In this document: piece by piece, positions 23,816-33,138 of the stretch
Layout: each line of letters begins with the position of its first letter
How positions within the stretch are numbered: the first letter of the stretch is position 1
Origin: an uncultured delta proteobacterium
Lineage (GTDB): Bacteria; Desulfobacterota; Syntrophobacteria; BM002
Assembly (NCBI GenBank): GCA_963712115.1
Contig: CAVQGX010000002.1
Location: forward strand, 40,279-104,278
Length of the DNA stretch: 64,000 bases
Reading direction: 5' to 3'
Made by a program: the position numbers and the translations under genes
Notes under the pieces: generated by a model
Databases searched by the model: none
Told to the model about the DNA's origin: nothing
What the model saw: only the letters and a program-made list of their open reading frames with translations

Positions 23816-24460
23816 ATGGAAAAAGATCTTTCCTTGCTAAAGGATGTTCCCACCCAGGTGAAGGACCTGGAGCTGGTGAAACGGCGACGGCGGCAGATAG
23901 TGGATGCTGCCGTAGCTTTGTTCATCAAAAAGGGTTTCCACAAGACAACTACTCGGGAGATAGCTCAGAGGGCAGGGTTATCTATTGGCTCGGTCTACGA
24001 GTATGTATCTACCAAAGAGGACGTACTCTACCTGGTCTGCGACGTAATTCACGCCGAAGCGGAACGACAGATCAGCGAAGCCCTGGCAAGAACAAAAGGC
24101 GGCCGGGAAACTATTGCAGAGGTAATCAGAGAGTACTTCTTGGTGTGCCACCGGATGAGTGACCATATATTGTTGGTCTACCAGGAAACCCAGTCTCTAC
24201 CGAGCCGTTGGCGCAAGAAGGTATTGGAAAACGAAGTCAGGTTTACCGGTATCTTCAAAGGAGTGCTGGAAAGGTTGGTGGCGGCCGGGGAGTTGCCTGG
24301 ACTGGAGGATAAAATCTTGGATTTGTTGGCCCACAATATCACGGTTTTGGGGCACATGTGGACTTTCAGACGCTGGTTTCTCAGACGCCAATACGACATT
24401 GAGGAGTATATAACCATCCAGACAGCTCTGATTTGCGGGGAACTGTTTGGACAGAGGTAA
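23816..24460 (+). CDS. TetR/AcrR family transcriptional regulator
   Basis: QIVDAAVALFIKKGFHKTTTREIA...GSVYEYVSTKED HTH. Confidence 0.95.
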   Translation: MEKDLSLLKDVPTQVKDLELVKRRRRQIVDAAVALFIKKGFHKTTTREIAQRAGLSIGSVYEYVSTKEDVLYLVCDVIHAEAERQISEALARTKGGRETIAEVIREYFLVCHRMSDHILLVYQETQSLPSRWRKKVLENEVRFTGIFKGVLERLVAAGELPGLEDKILDLLAHNITVLGHMWTFRRWFLRRQYDIEEYITIQTALICGELFGQR

Positions 24461-24530
24461 AGAGTTCGGAATTGGTTCATCCATTTCAATTTCGAGCACA
24501 TTAAGATAGTGTTTTCTTCTGCCACTCCCT

Positions 24531-24648
24531 AGGAATAATGGAATTTTGGAATGATGGAATAATGGGTCGAAAAGAGGAAAAGTCCTTATTAATTGTTAGT
24601 CTTCCTCTAGTCCCATTCTTCCAGTTTTCCATTATTCCAATCTTCCAT
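24531..24648. repeat. 8-bp-period GGAATRAT / ATTATTCC inverted array
   Basis: GGAATAATGGAATTTTGGAATGATGGAATAATGGG ... CCCATTCTTCCAGTTTTCCATTATTCCAATCTTCCA. Confidence 0.8.
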
Positions 24649-24679
24649 GTGCGTAGTGAAGCGAAGCTAGGAGAGCGAG

Positions 24680-27600
24680 ATGAAGGCAAAGACTAGGGTT
24701 TACAAACCCAAGTGTGCCATTCGGGTGGTGACGGCCACATCTCTCTTCGATGGCCATGATGCAGCGATAAATATTATGAGGCGTATTCTCCAGGCCAGTG
24801 GAGTGGAGGTGATCCACCTGGGGCACAATCGCTCGGTTAACGAAATTGTCGACACCGCAATAGAGGAAGACGCCCAGGGAATTGCCGTCTCCTCTTATCA
24901 AGGCGGGCATCTTGAGTTCTTCAAATATATGGTTGATCTGCTAAGGGAAAGAGGTGTACCCCAGATAAAGGTTTTTGGCGGCGGTGGCGGTGTTATTTTG
25001 CCCGATGAAGTCCGGGAGCTGGAGGCTTATGGGGTGGAGAGAATTTACTCTCCCGAAGATGGGGTTAACCTTGGTCTGCAAGGCATTATCAACGATCTCA
25101 TCAAGCGAATCGACTTTCCCACGGTGGAAGATGGAGCCGACCTCGAAATTGAGCAGTTAAGCCCGAGGAACAAACCTCTGGTGGCGAAGCTTATAAGCGC
25201 CATGGAACTGGCCAAAGCAAAGGGTGACGGCCACCGGGCTGGACTCAGGTCTCTAATTAGGCAGAGGCTCGAGGAGCGAATAACTCCAGTAGTAGGGATC
25301 ACCGGTACAGGCGGGGCGGGGAAGTCATCTCTAACGGACGAACTGATCCTAAGATTCTTACACGATTTCAAAGATATGAATATTGGTGTCTTAAGTACCG
25401 ATCCCTCTCGTCGCAGAACAGGCGGCGCCCTCCTGGGAGATCGCATCAGGATGAATTCCATCGGCACCGAACGGGTTTACATGCGCTCCCTTGCCACCCG
25501 CAAATCCAGAACCGAATTGTCAGAGGCCCTGGAGGATGCCGTGGAGGTGCTCAAGGCTGCAGGTTACGACCTAGTGATCGCAGAAACCGCAGGCATTGGC
25601 CAGGGAGCTACAGAAATTGTTGATCTAGTAGACTTGTCTATGTATGTGATGACGCCCGAGTTCGGTGCTCCCTCTCAGCTGGAAAAGATTGACATGCTTG
25701 ATTTTGCCGATTTGATCGTGGTGAACAAGTATGAGAAGCGGGGTGGCGACGACGCTGTTCGTGAGGTGCGAAGGCAGGTGAAGCGCAACCGCGAAGAATG
25801 GAGCCGTGGGCCGGAAGAAATGCCGGTATTCGGTACCATCGCCTCCAAGTTCAACGATGATGGTGTAACAGCACTCTACCAGGTGCTCCTGGATGTGATG
25901 GCTGAAAAGACCGGGATACGCTTTGAATCAAAACTTCCGCGGCCACAGAACCACATATCCACTTCCAAGACCATCATCGTCCCACCGGAGCGCACCAGGT
26001 ACTTGGCCGAGATTGCGGAGACGGTTAGGGCCTACCACGGTCACACGATTGAACAGGCCGAGGCGGTGCGGCACAAATGGCATCTCCGGCATGCGGCTGC
26101 AGCAGTGGCAGAGGGTGATGAGTTGAAGGATACCGGAGTTGTCCTGGCCAGGTTGAAAGAGGAACTAGCCAAGACAGAGCGGGCCCTGGACGAAGAGACT
26201 CACCAACTCCTGGAAGAGTGGCCCAAAATTATAGAGGCCTACAAAGGGGATGAATTTGTCTACCAAGTGCGAGAACGGGAGTACAGGGTTCCCTTATATA
26301 CCGAATCCTTGTCCAGACAGAAAATCCCCAGGGTTCTACTGCCCAAGTACAAAGATCCAGGGGAGATATACCGGTGGCTAAGGGAAGAGAATGTGCCCGG
26401 CCGCTTTCCTTACACCGCAGGGGTTTTCCCCTTTAAGAGGACTGATGAGGAACCAACTCGGATGTTTGCCGGCGAGGGTGATCCGGCGAGAACCAACCGT
26501 CGTTTCAAATTGCTTTCGGAACACCACGAGGCCAAACGGCTGTCCACTGCCTTCGATTCGGTTACCTTGTATGGCTATGATCCCGACGAGAGGCCGGACA
26601 TCTATGGCAAGGTGGGCACCTCTGGGGTTAGTGTCTGTAGTTTGGATGATATGAAGGTGCTCTACGACGGCTTTGACCTCTGCGGGCCCAACACCTCGGT
26701 TTCTATGACCATAAACGGGCCGGCGCCTATCATTCTGGCGATGTTCTTGAACAGCGCAATCGACCAGCAGGTGGAAAAATTCAAAGCGGAACAAGGTCGG
26801 GAACCTGATGAAGATGAATACCAGCAGATTAGAGCTTATGTGTTCCAAACCGTACGAGGCACCGTACAGGCAGATATTCTCAAGGAAGACCAGGGGCAAA
26901 ATACCTGCATCTTTTCCATCGACTTTAGCTTGAAAATGATGGGTGATATCCAGGAGTTTTTTATAGAAAACAAGGTGTCCAATTTCTACTCAGTGTCTAT
27001 CTCCGGGTACCACATTGCCGAGGCTGGGGCCAACCCTATCAGCCAATTGGCATTTACTCTGGCCAACGGCTTTACTTACGTGGAGTATTACCTCTCCCGT
27101 GGGATGGAACTAGACAACTTTGCTCCAAATTTGTCTTTTTTCTTCTCTAATGGCATGGAGCCTGAGTACTCTGTGATCGGCCGGGTTGCCAGGCGTATCT
27201 GGGCCATTGCCATGCGAGAAATGTATGGTGGTTCTTCCCGTTCGCAAATGCTCAAATACCACATCCAGACCTCGGGGCGCTCGCTTCACAGTCAGGAAAT
27301 CCAGCTAAACGATATCCGCACCACCCTACAGGCTTTGGTTGGCATCTACGACAACTGCAATAGCCTTCATACTAACGCCTATGACGAAGCCATTACTACC
27401 CCTACCCCAGAGTCGGTGAGAAGAGCCCTGGCCATTCAGCTTATCATTAACCGAGAGTGGGGGCTGGCCAAGATAGAAAACGTGAATCAAGGAAGCTTTG
27501 TTCTCGAGGAACTGACCAAGCTAGTGGAAGAAGCGGTACTCATGGAATTTGATCGGCTTACGGAGCGCGGTGGGGTGCTAGGCGCTATGGAGACCGGCTA

Positions 27601-27961
27601 TCAGCGCAGCAAGATTCAAGAGGAGTCTCTCTACTACGAGACTCTGAAGCACAGTGGCGAGTTACCCATCATAGGTGTCAACACCTTTCGCAATCCAGAG
27701 GGTGAGCAGGAGCAAACTACTTCGTCCTTGGAGCTTGCCCGAGCCACCGAAGAAGAGAAAAGGTCACAACTAAACCGTTTAAGGGAGTTTCAGCAGCGAC
27801 ATGCTAAGGAGGCTCCAGCTGCTCTCGAGCGCTTACAACAGGTGGCCCTGGGGGGAGAGAATATATTTGCCGAGCTGATGAACACGGTTCGGTACTGTAG
27901 CTTGGGACAGATAACCCAGGCACTGTTCGATGTTGGGGGTAAATACCGACGCAACATGTAA
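24680..27961 (+). CDS. icmF: Fused isobutyryl-CoA mutase / MeaB-like GTPase
   Basis: B12 motif [12 protein letters not shown]; P-loop GTGGAGKSS; mutase barrel with TRMFAGEG and ILKEDQGQ; 1093 aa. Confidence 0.96.
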   Translation: MKAKTRVYKPKCAIRVVTATSLFDGHDAAINIMRRILQASGVEVIHLGHNRSVNEIVDTAIEEDAQGIAVSSYQGGHLEFFKYMVDLLRERGVPQIKVFGGGGGVILPDEVRELEAYGVERIYSPEDGVNLGLQGIINDLIKRIDFPTVEDGADLEIEQLSPRNKPLVAKLISAMELAKAKGDGHRAGLRSLIRQRLEERITPVVGITGTGGAGKSSLTDELILRFLHDFKDMNIGVLSTDPSRRRTGGALLGDRIRMNSIGTERVYMRSLATRKSRTELSEALEDAVEVLKAAGYDLVIAETAGIGQGATEIVDLVDLSMYVMTPEFGAPSQLEKIDMLDFADLIVVNKYEKRGGDDAVREVRRQVKRNREEWSRGPEEMPVFGTIASKFNDDGVTALYQVLLDVMAEKTGIRFESKLPRPQNHISTSKTIIVPPERTRYLAEIAETVRAYHGHTIEQAEAVRHKWHLRHAAAAVAEGDELKDTGVVLARLKEELAKTERALDEETHQLLEEWPKIIEAYKGDEFVYQVREREYRVPLYTESLSRQKIPRVLLPKYKDPGEIYRWLREENVPGRFPYTAGVFPFKRTDEEPTRMFAGEGDPARTNRRFKLLSEHHEAKRLSTAFDSVTLYGYDPDERPDIYGKVGTSGVSVCSLDDMKVLYDGFDLCGPNTSVSMTINGPAPIILAMFLNSAIDQQVEKFKAEQGREPDEDEYQQIRAYVFQTVRGTVQADILKEDQGQNTCIFSIDFSLKMMGDIQEFFIENKVSNFYSVSISGYHIAEAGANPISQLAFTLANGFTYVEYYLSRGMELDNFAPNLSFFFSNGMEPEYSVIGRVARRIWAIAMREMYGGSSRSQMLKYHIQTSGRSLHSQEIQLNDIRTTLQALVGIYDNCNSLHTNAYDEAITTPTPESVRRALAIQLIINREWGLAKIENVNQGSFVLEELTKLVEEAVLMEFDRLTERGGVLGAMETGYQRSKIQEESLYYETLKHSGELPIIGVNTFRNPEGEQEQTTSSLELARATEEEKRSQLNRLREFQQRHAKEAPAALERLQQVALGGENIFAELMNTVRYCSLGQITQALFDVGGKYRRNM

Positions 27962-27964
27962 CGA

Positions 27965-28170
27965 CGCGCAGAGCGCATAGGGTGAGGAGACAGAAGTCAG
28001 GAGCCAGTAGCCAGAATCCATTAGACAAAGGGCATAGAGCATATAATGCTGCAGCACTAGGTTGGAGGAGGGGCCCTCCGGGCCTCTAGGTTGGAGGCAG
28101 TATATTTTTGCCTCAAACCTCAAGCGGAGCGATCCTCAAACCTCCAGCCGCGATGCGCAGCAGCGAGGCG
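27965..28170. repeat. Mixed heptamer array with GGTTGGA / CCTCAAA inverted unit
   Basis: AGGTTGGAGG ... CCTCAAACCTCAAGCGGAGCGATCCTCAAACCTCC; related unit at 40175-40275. Confidence 0.75.
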
Positions 28171-28174
28171 GAGC

Positions 28175-29329
28175 ATGCTATTTGAACTGAGCGAGGAAGA
28201 AAAGCTGATTCGAGCGGCGGCTGTGCGATTCGCCAAACACCAGCTTGAGCCTGTGGCGGCAGAGTTGGATCGCACTAAGGATCGGGACATCCTGCTTACA
28301 AACCTTAAGAAGCTGGCCGAACTGGGTTTCATGGGCGTAAATATCCAGGCTGAATATGGGGGAACCGATAGTAACTCAGTGGCCCTGAGCCTGGTCTTGA
28401 CAGAACTGGGTCGGGCTTGTGCCTCCACTGCCGTGACCACCTCGGTTACCAATCTTGTGGCTGAGGTGATTCAGTCAATGGGGAGCGAAAAACAGAAACA
28501 AAAGTATTTGCCCAAAGTGTGCAAAGGGGAATATGCTGCTGGTGGCTTCGCCTTAACTGAGCCTATGGCCGGATCAGACCCCTCCTCCATTTCCACCACA
28601 GCAGTGCTCCAGGGCGAGGACTGGATTATCAATGGCCGGAAAGTTTTCATCACTAGCGGGGAGTATGCCGGGATTTTTATTATATGGGCTGTAGTTGACA
28701 AGGACGCCCCCAAAGGTGAAGGGATCGCCGCTTTTTTGGTGGAACCAGAGTTTCCAGGTTTTACCGTGGGCAAAGACGAAGAGAAGATGGGGCAGATAGG
28801 CGCCGCTACCAACGAACTCATTATGGAAGACTGTCGGGTGCCCCGAGAAAACCTCTTGGGCGAAGTGAGCAATGGCTATCGCATAGCGGTTTCAGAATTG
28901 GCTGGAGGGCGGATCGGCATTGGCTCTGTGGCCTTGGGCATAGGGTTGGCGGCGATGGATTATGCCAAGGAATACGCCAAGGAACGAGTACAGTTTGGAC
29001 AGCCCATTGCCAGGTACCAAGCGATTCAATGGATGTTGGCCGATCGCTATACTGAATTGGAAGCGGCAAGACTCCTCTTGCTGCAGGCAGCTCATTTGAA
29101 AGACCAAGGCAGGAATTTTATGAAAACGGCTTCAATGGCCAAACTTTTTGCTAGCGAGGCGGCAAATCGGGCCTGTTATGATGCCGTGCAAATTCTAGGG
29201 GGTTACGGCTACTCTCGCGAATACCCCCTGGAGCGAATGGCCAGAGATGTGCGAGTTTGCACGATTTACGAGGGCACTAGTGAGATTCAGCGGCTGATAA
29301 TTGCTCGCGAATTGTTGCTCGAACAATAG
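28175..29329 (+). CDS. Short-chain acyl-CoA dehydrogenase
   Basis: FALTEPMAGSD, NGRKVFIT, ERVQFGQPI, GGYGY, IYEGTSEIQR; ATG 28175 (track's upstream extension is repeat DNA). Confidence 0.95.
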   Translation: MLFELSEEEKLIRAAAVRFAKHQLEPVAAELDRTKDRDILLTNLKKLAELGFMGVNIQAEYGGTDSNSVALSLVLTELGRACASTAVTTSVTNLVAEVIQSMGSEKQKQKYLPKVCKGEYAAGGFALTEPMAGSDPSSISTTAVLQGEDWIINGRKVFITSGEYAGIFIIWAVVDKDAPKGEGIAAFLVEPEFPGFTVGKDEEKMGQIGAATNELIMEDCRVPRENLLGEVSNGYRIAVSELAGGRIGIGSVALGIGLAAMDYAKEYAKERVQFGQPIARYQAIQWMLADRYTELEAARLLLLQAAHLKDQGRNFMKTASMAKLFASEAANRACYDAVQILGGYGYSREYPLERMARDVRVCTIYEGTSEIQRLIIARELLLEQ

Positions 29330-29344
29330 AAGGGTAGGCGTGTC

Positions 29345-29791
29345 ATGGAGCGGATGCTCAGCGAAGAGCGAACTGCATTCTTGGAGCGCGATTTTTATCA
29401 GGGTTTCATCAAGACCTGCGGGTTTAAACTAGATTTGCTGGAACGAGGACGGGCAAAGTCCAGTTTGGAGGTTACTAAGGCTCATAGCCAACAGGATGAT
29501 TTCGTCCACGCCGGGGTTATGGCCACAATGGCTGACCATACGGCAGGTTATGCTGCCTTTTCAGTCGTTCCCGAGGATTCTAGGATTCTCACCTTGGAAT
29601 TCAAGATAAATTTCCTCCGACCCGCGGTTGGTGATCGTTTAATCTGTAGTGCTAAGGTAGTTAAGGAGGGCAAAAATATCCTGGTAGCTGATTCAGAGGT
29701 GTATAGCCAAAGCGACGGAGTAGAAAAACTAGCGGCCAAGGCATTGGTTACTCTGGTAGCCGTTCCCTCACAACAGTTGATTAAGAAGTAA
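29345..29791 (+). CDS. PaaI-family hotdog thioesterase
   Basis: FVHAGVMATMADH, TLEFKINFLRP. Confidence 0.92.
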   Translation: MERMLSEERTAFLERDFYQGFIKTCGFKLDLLERGRAKSSLEVTKAHSQQDDFVHAGVMATMADHTAGYAAFSVVPEDSRILTLEFKINFLRPAVGDRLICSAKVVKEGKNILVADSEVYSQSDGVEKLAAKALVTLVAVPSQQLIKK

Positions 29792-29794
29792 GTA

Positions 29795-30110
29795 GTCAGG
29801 AGCCAGGAGTCAGAATCCAGAATTCAGGAGAAAAGCAATCAAAATTGACTTCGTCTGAGCTATCGCCTCTTTGAACCGCAGAATGTCGAACAAGGAATTT
29901 CGAATATCGAAGTGATCACTTCATCATTCTGCGGTTCCTTGTTCTGCTGTTCGATATTCAGTACTTTGGACTATCTGTAGTCTGTGGTCTGTCCTCTCAC
30001 GCCGTCTCGCCGTTTCTCCGCGCCTGCCAGCCATCGGCTTCGCCTTCAGGCGAGGCGGGCGGGTCCTCGACTCGTCCCGCTGTGCCTAGTGCATACTGCC
30101 TAGTGCTTAG
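29795..30110. repeat. Nested repeat array: filled version of the 619-730 element carrying the GAACCGCAGAA unit
   Basis: 29798-29848 matches 619-669; 29872-29960 matches reverse complement of 23421-23512; CCGTCTCGCCGTTT resumes near 30003. Confidence 0.85.
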
Positions 30111-30114
30111 TGGT

Positions 30115-30342
30115 TCATTCCCCGCCTTGCTTCTTGATAATGGTAAAATAAACTCCTTCTTCCTTGGTCAGTTTCTCCTCTACTCGACCATCATTGTGAT
30201 CAATGACCTTGAGCATTTTCTCCACGTGCTGCGGATCACAGATAAATCTGAGTCTGTTCCCAGGACGGATTATCCTTAGAAGTAAACTTACTTCCAGATA
30301 GCCCTTTCAACAATCGCCTCGGTAGTCTGCTACTTCTATCAT
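30115..30342 (-). CDS. Candidate TusA/SirA-like selenoprotein, 75 aa, in-frame UGA at codon 12
   Basis: Manual translation MIEVADYRGDC(U)KGYLEVSLLLRIIRPGNRLRFICDPQHVEKMLKVIDHNDGRVEEKLTKEEGVYFTIIKKQGGE; UGA at 30309-30307; AGGA upstream of ATG; SECIS-like hairpin follows. Confidence 0.8.
30271..30300 (-). promoter_or_regulatory. Bacterial SECIS-like hairpin
   Basis: mRNA UAUCUGGAAGUA-AGUU-UACUUCUAAGGAUA; apical loop starts 18 nt after UGA and has GU at positions 2-3. Confidence 0.72.
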
Positions 30343-30547
30343 GATTTAGCATTCCTGAAGCCCACATATTTGACGGTTTCGCCTCACTGTTTCGTTGACA
30401 ATGCGGGCTTGAAAAGCCTATTTTCCTCTTGTCTCGCTGACAATACTCTCGGAACCATCTGAAAAAAGCAAGAGATACCTTTACTCCAACACTCCAGTAC
30501 TCCATCACTGCAAAATTAGTTTACTTAGCCTGTGTGATCTTGCGAAT

Positions 30548-30576
30548 TAGACTTCTCAGACAAAGTCAGATAGAAT
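30548..30576 (+). promoter_or_regulatory. Putative sigma70 promoter for trxB
   Basis: TAGACT, 17 bp, TAGAAT. Confidence 0.5.
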
Positions 30577-30663
30577 ATTAAATTCACAATTAGTTAAATC
30601 TGATTAATCCTCGATGTTGCTACTCTCTAGTTGGCAGTGACTTCGGTGGAAAGGAGGCAGTTA

Positions 30664-31647
30664 ATGTCGGAGGGAGGTCTTTATGATGTTGTAATCGTCG
30701 GCGGTGGTCCCGGGGGACTCACTGCCGGGATATACGCCATGAGGGCTGCTCTTAAAACCATTCTGGTCGAGAAGGCAGTTGCCGGCGGGCAAGTTGCCCT
30801 GTCGGACGGGGTAGAGAACTATCCAGGTTTTGAGAGCATAACCGGTTATGAACTCTCGCAAAAATTCCTTCAACACGCCCAATCCTACGACATGGAATTT
30901 GTGCAAGAAGAGGTTGTGGCTGTGGAACCGGGGCTAGATTTCCATTCGGTCAAGCTAGCAAATGGCAGCGTCTTGAAAACGCACACAGTTATCTTGGCCA
31001 CCGGAGGCAGTCCGCGCAAGCTGGGGGTTCCTGGCGAAGACGAATACTATGGCAAAGGCGTTTCTTACTGCGGCGTGTGCGACGGTTTCTTTTTTAGGGA
31101 TAAGACCGTGGTAGTAGCGGGAGGCGGTGATACCGCCGCTGAAGAGGCTTTATATCTAGCTAAACTGGCGAAGCAAGTCTATCTGGTCCACAGGCGCGAT
31201 GCCCTCCGCGCGAGTATGATCCTCCAGCAGCGGGTCAAAGATGAGTGCAAAATCGAGATCCTTTGGAACACGATCATCACAGAAATTAAAGCAAATGATG
31301 AGGGCGTCAATGCAGTTAGTCTGCAGGACACCCAGACGGGCGAGCAACGGGAATTGAGTACTGACGGGGCCTTCATCTTTATAGGTTTTATACCTAACAA
31401 CCAACTGGTGCCTGCCGGCATAAAGATGAACGCAGATGGATACGTGGTCACCAATGAGAAGTGTGAGACCAATATGCCTGGGATATATGTGGTTGGTGAT
31501 TTGAGGGAAAAATATGCCAAGCAAATAGTGGTTGCGGCAGCGGATGGATGCACAGCCGCTTTGGTGGCGGCTTATTACGTGGAGATGAAGAAATCCGGCG
31601 AGGCGGTATGTGAGCTTCCGGAGGACCTACTGCAGGAGGCACAGTGA
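30664..31647 (+). CDS. trxB: Thioredoxin-disulfide reductase
   Basis: GGGPGG, GVSYCGVCDG (CxxC), GGGDTA, HRRD, GD; ATG 30664 after AGGAGG. Confidence 0.95.
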   Translation: MSEGGLYDVVIVGGGPGGLTAGIYAMRAALKTILVEKAVAGGQVALSDGVENYPGFESITGYELSQKFLQHAQSYDMEFVQEEVVAVEPGLDFHSVKLANGSVLKTHTVILATGGSPRKLGVPGEDEYYGKGVSYCGVCDGFFFRDKTVVVAGGGDTAAEEALYLAKLAKQVYLVHRRDALRASMILQQRVKDECKIEILWNTIITEIKANDEGVNAVSLQDTQTGEQRELSTDGAFIFIGFIPNNQLVPAGIKMNADGYVVTNEKCETNMPGIYVVGDLREKYAKQIVVAAADGCTAALVAAYYVEMKKSGEAVCELPEDLLQEAQ

Positions 31648-31649
31648 GG

Positions 31650-31870
31650 CAGTATGCAGCAGACAGCGGGCAGATAAGATCTAGGCACTGAGCACGAAGG
31701 CGCTGAGAAGTCAGAGGTCGGAGGTCAGAGGTCAGAAGACAGATGATTTCGGATTGCTGATTTCGAATTTCGGAATTTTAACCCTATGCCCTTTGCTCTA
31801 TGCTCTTTGCCTACTGGCTCCTGGATTCTGACTCCTGGCTCCTTGCTCTATGCCCTATGCTCCATGCTAG
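31650..31870. repeat. Mixed heptamer arrays (GTCAGAG, TTCGGAT, CCCTATG, CTGGATT/CTGACTC)
   Basis: Visible 7-bp periodicity; contains reverse complement of the 619-641 core. Confidence 0.85.
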
Positions 31871-31903
31871 CCTGGTGGCTTCTTTGAAAAAACTGAAACC
31901 CTA

Positions 31904-31945
31904 TTGACCTAAGTCAAAGCAATCTCCTCTGCGCTCAGGTAGACT
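31904..31945 (+). promoter_or_regulatory. FNR/CRP-family site with class II promoter geometry
   Basis: TTGAC-CTAA-GTCAA (31904-31917); TAGACT -10 candidate at 31940-31945. Confidence 0.55.
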
Positions 31946-31973
31946 TGAGGCAACACTTTGGGGAGGTGGACCA

Positions 31974-32702
31974 ATGCAAGATGATAGTATCAGCTGCCCT
32001 GGTCAGAACACAATGTTCTGGAAGCCAGATGATATTTACGACGTGAAATGCCCTAACTGTGGTCGGCCGGTGGAATTTTGGAAAGACGACAGCAAGCGCA
32101 CCTGCGAGTGTGGGCACCGCTTTCTGAATCCAAAGCGCGACCTCGGTTGTCTAGAATATTGCAAGTACGCCGAGCAGTGTATGCCGGAGATGTTCCAGGG
32201 AGAAAGTCTCAAGGCCCTATACCGTGACCGGCTTCTGGTTACTGCCAAGATCAAACTGAAACCGGAGGATGCTAGCCTGGAGCGCAGCCAGAAAATAGCG
32301 GAACTGGCGGAAGAGATACTTGATGGAGAGGGTGGTCAACCGAAAGTGGTATTCGCTGCTACAATTCTGGGAAATTTAGTGTTGAATTCTCAGCCACACG
32401 GTCAGCAAGCAGGTTCCCCAGCCCAAGGGGACAGCCCCAGCGCGATCACCAAAAAAGTTCTTGCTGATCTGGGTACTGAAAAAGAGGTGATTGATCAAGT
32501 TTGTCAGATAATTGAAAATAGAATCAACGGAACAAGTTCTGAAGATATAAACCACAGGATTGTCTCCGATGCATTGATGGTTGCTGACCTCTCGGAGAAA
32601 AAAAGTCTCCTGGAGGCGGCGGCCATTGAGCGGTTGATTGACAGTAAAGTTCAGACGGAAACCGGCAAACGGTTGGCCCGGGAGCGACTGCTCTCAGAAT
32701 AA
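31974..32702 (+). CDS. Cys-rich metal-binding domain fused to a degenerate HD-like helical domain
   Basis: CPGQ, CPNCG, CECG, GCLEYCKYAEQC; AATILGNLV where AAxLHD is expected. Confidence 0.8.
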   Translation: MQDDSISCPGQNTMFWKPDDIYDVKCPNCGRPVEFWKDDSKRTCECGHRFLNPKRDLGCLEYCKYAEQCMPEMFQGESLKALYRDRLLVTAKIKLKPEDASLERSQKIAELAEEILDGEGGQPKVVFAATILGNLVLNSQPHGQQAGSPAQGDSPSAITKKVLADLGTEKEVIDQVCQIIENRINGTSSEDINHRIVSDALMVADLSEKKSLLEAAAIERLIDSKVQTETGKRLARERLLSE

Positions 32703-32764
32703 ATGGCCATATTTGAACCACGAAGAGCACGAAGAACACAAAGATATTTTGTTGGTAATTAGAG

Positions 32765-32798
32765 GACCCGGCGAGAGCTGATCTTGCCGGGTCTTTTT
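32765..32798 (+). terminator. Intrinsic terminator
   Basis: GACCCGGCGAGA...TCTTGCCGGGTC-TTTTT. Confidence 0.8.
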
Positions 32799-32941
32799 AT
32801 TCTTGCAAGGAAAACCTAGTCCTCCCTCGCTTCAAGAAAAGACCCTATCTAATCCCTCGGCTTGACAGTTCAAAAGATTCTGTGCCAGAGTTCAATGGAT
32901 TTCAGATTGTAGATTGCAGATTTTTCTGAAGGGGTTAAATA

Positions 32942-33125
32942 TAGCCCGGATAATTCATGAATCGGCTACTCCGACTGTGGATATAAACGTCCTTCCGGGC
33001 GTCCTCGGGTCTCGAATCCTGCGACGTACTGTACAAGTACGTCTCGGATTCAAGCCCCTGCGGTTGCCCGGTGGCACGCTCATCTTCACAGTCTCGCAAC
33101 GCCAATTCATGAATTATCCGGGCTA
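32942..33125. mobile_element. 184-bp MITE, copy 1
   Basis: TIR TAGCCCGGATAATTCATGAATYGGC (24/25); TA at both ends; homologous to 48884-49067 in opposite orientation. Confidence 0.85.
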
Positions 33126-33138
33126 GGAGATTAATGAG

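Noticed and set aside
28091-28174. N-terminal extensions in the ORF track for ACAD (also 40137-40229 and 60831-60983)
   Set aside because: They run through repeat or AT-rich intergenic DNA; downstream ATGs fit the family starts better
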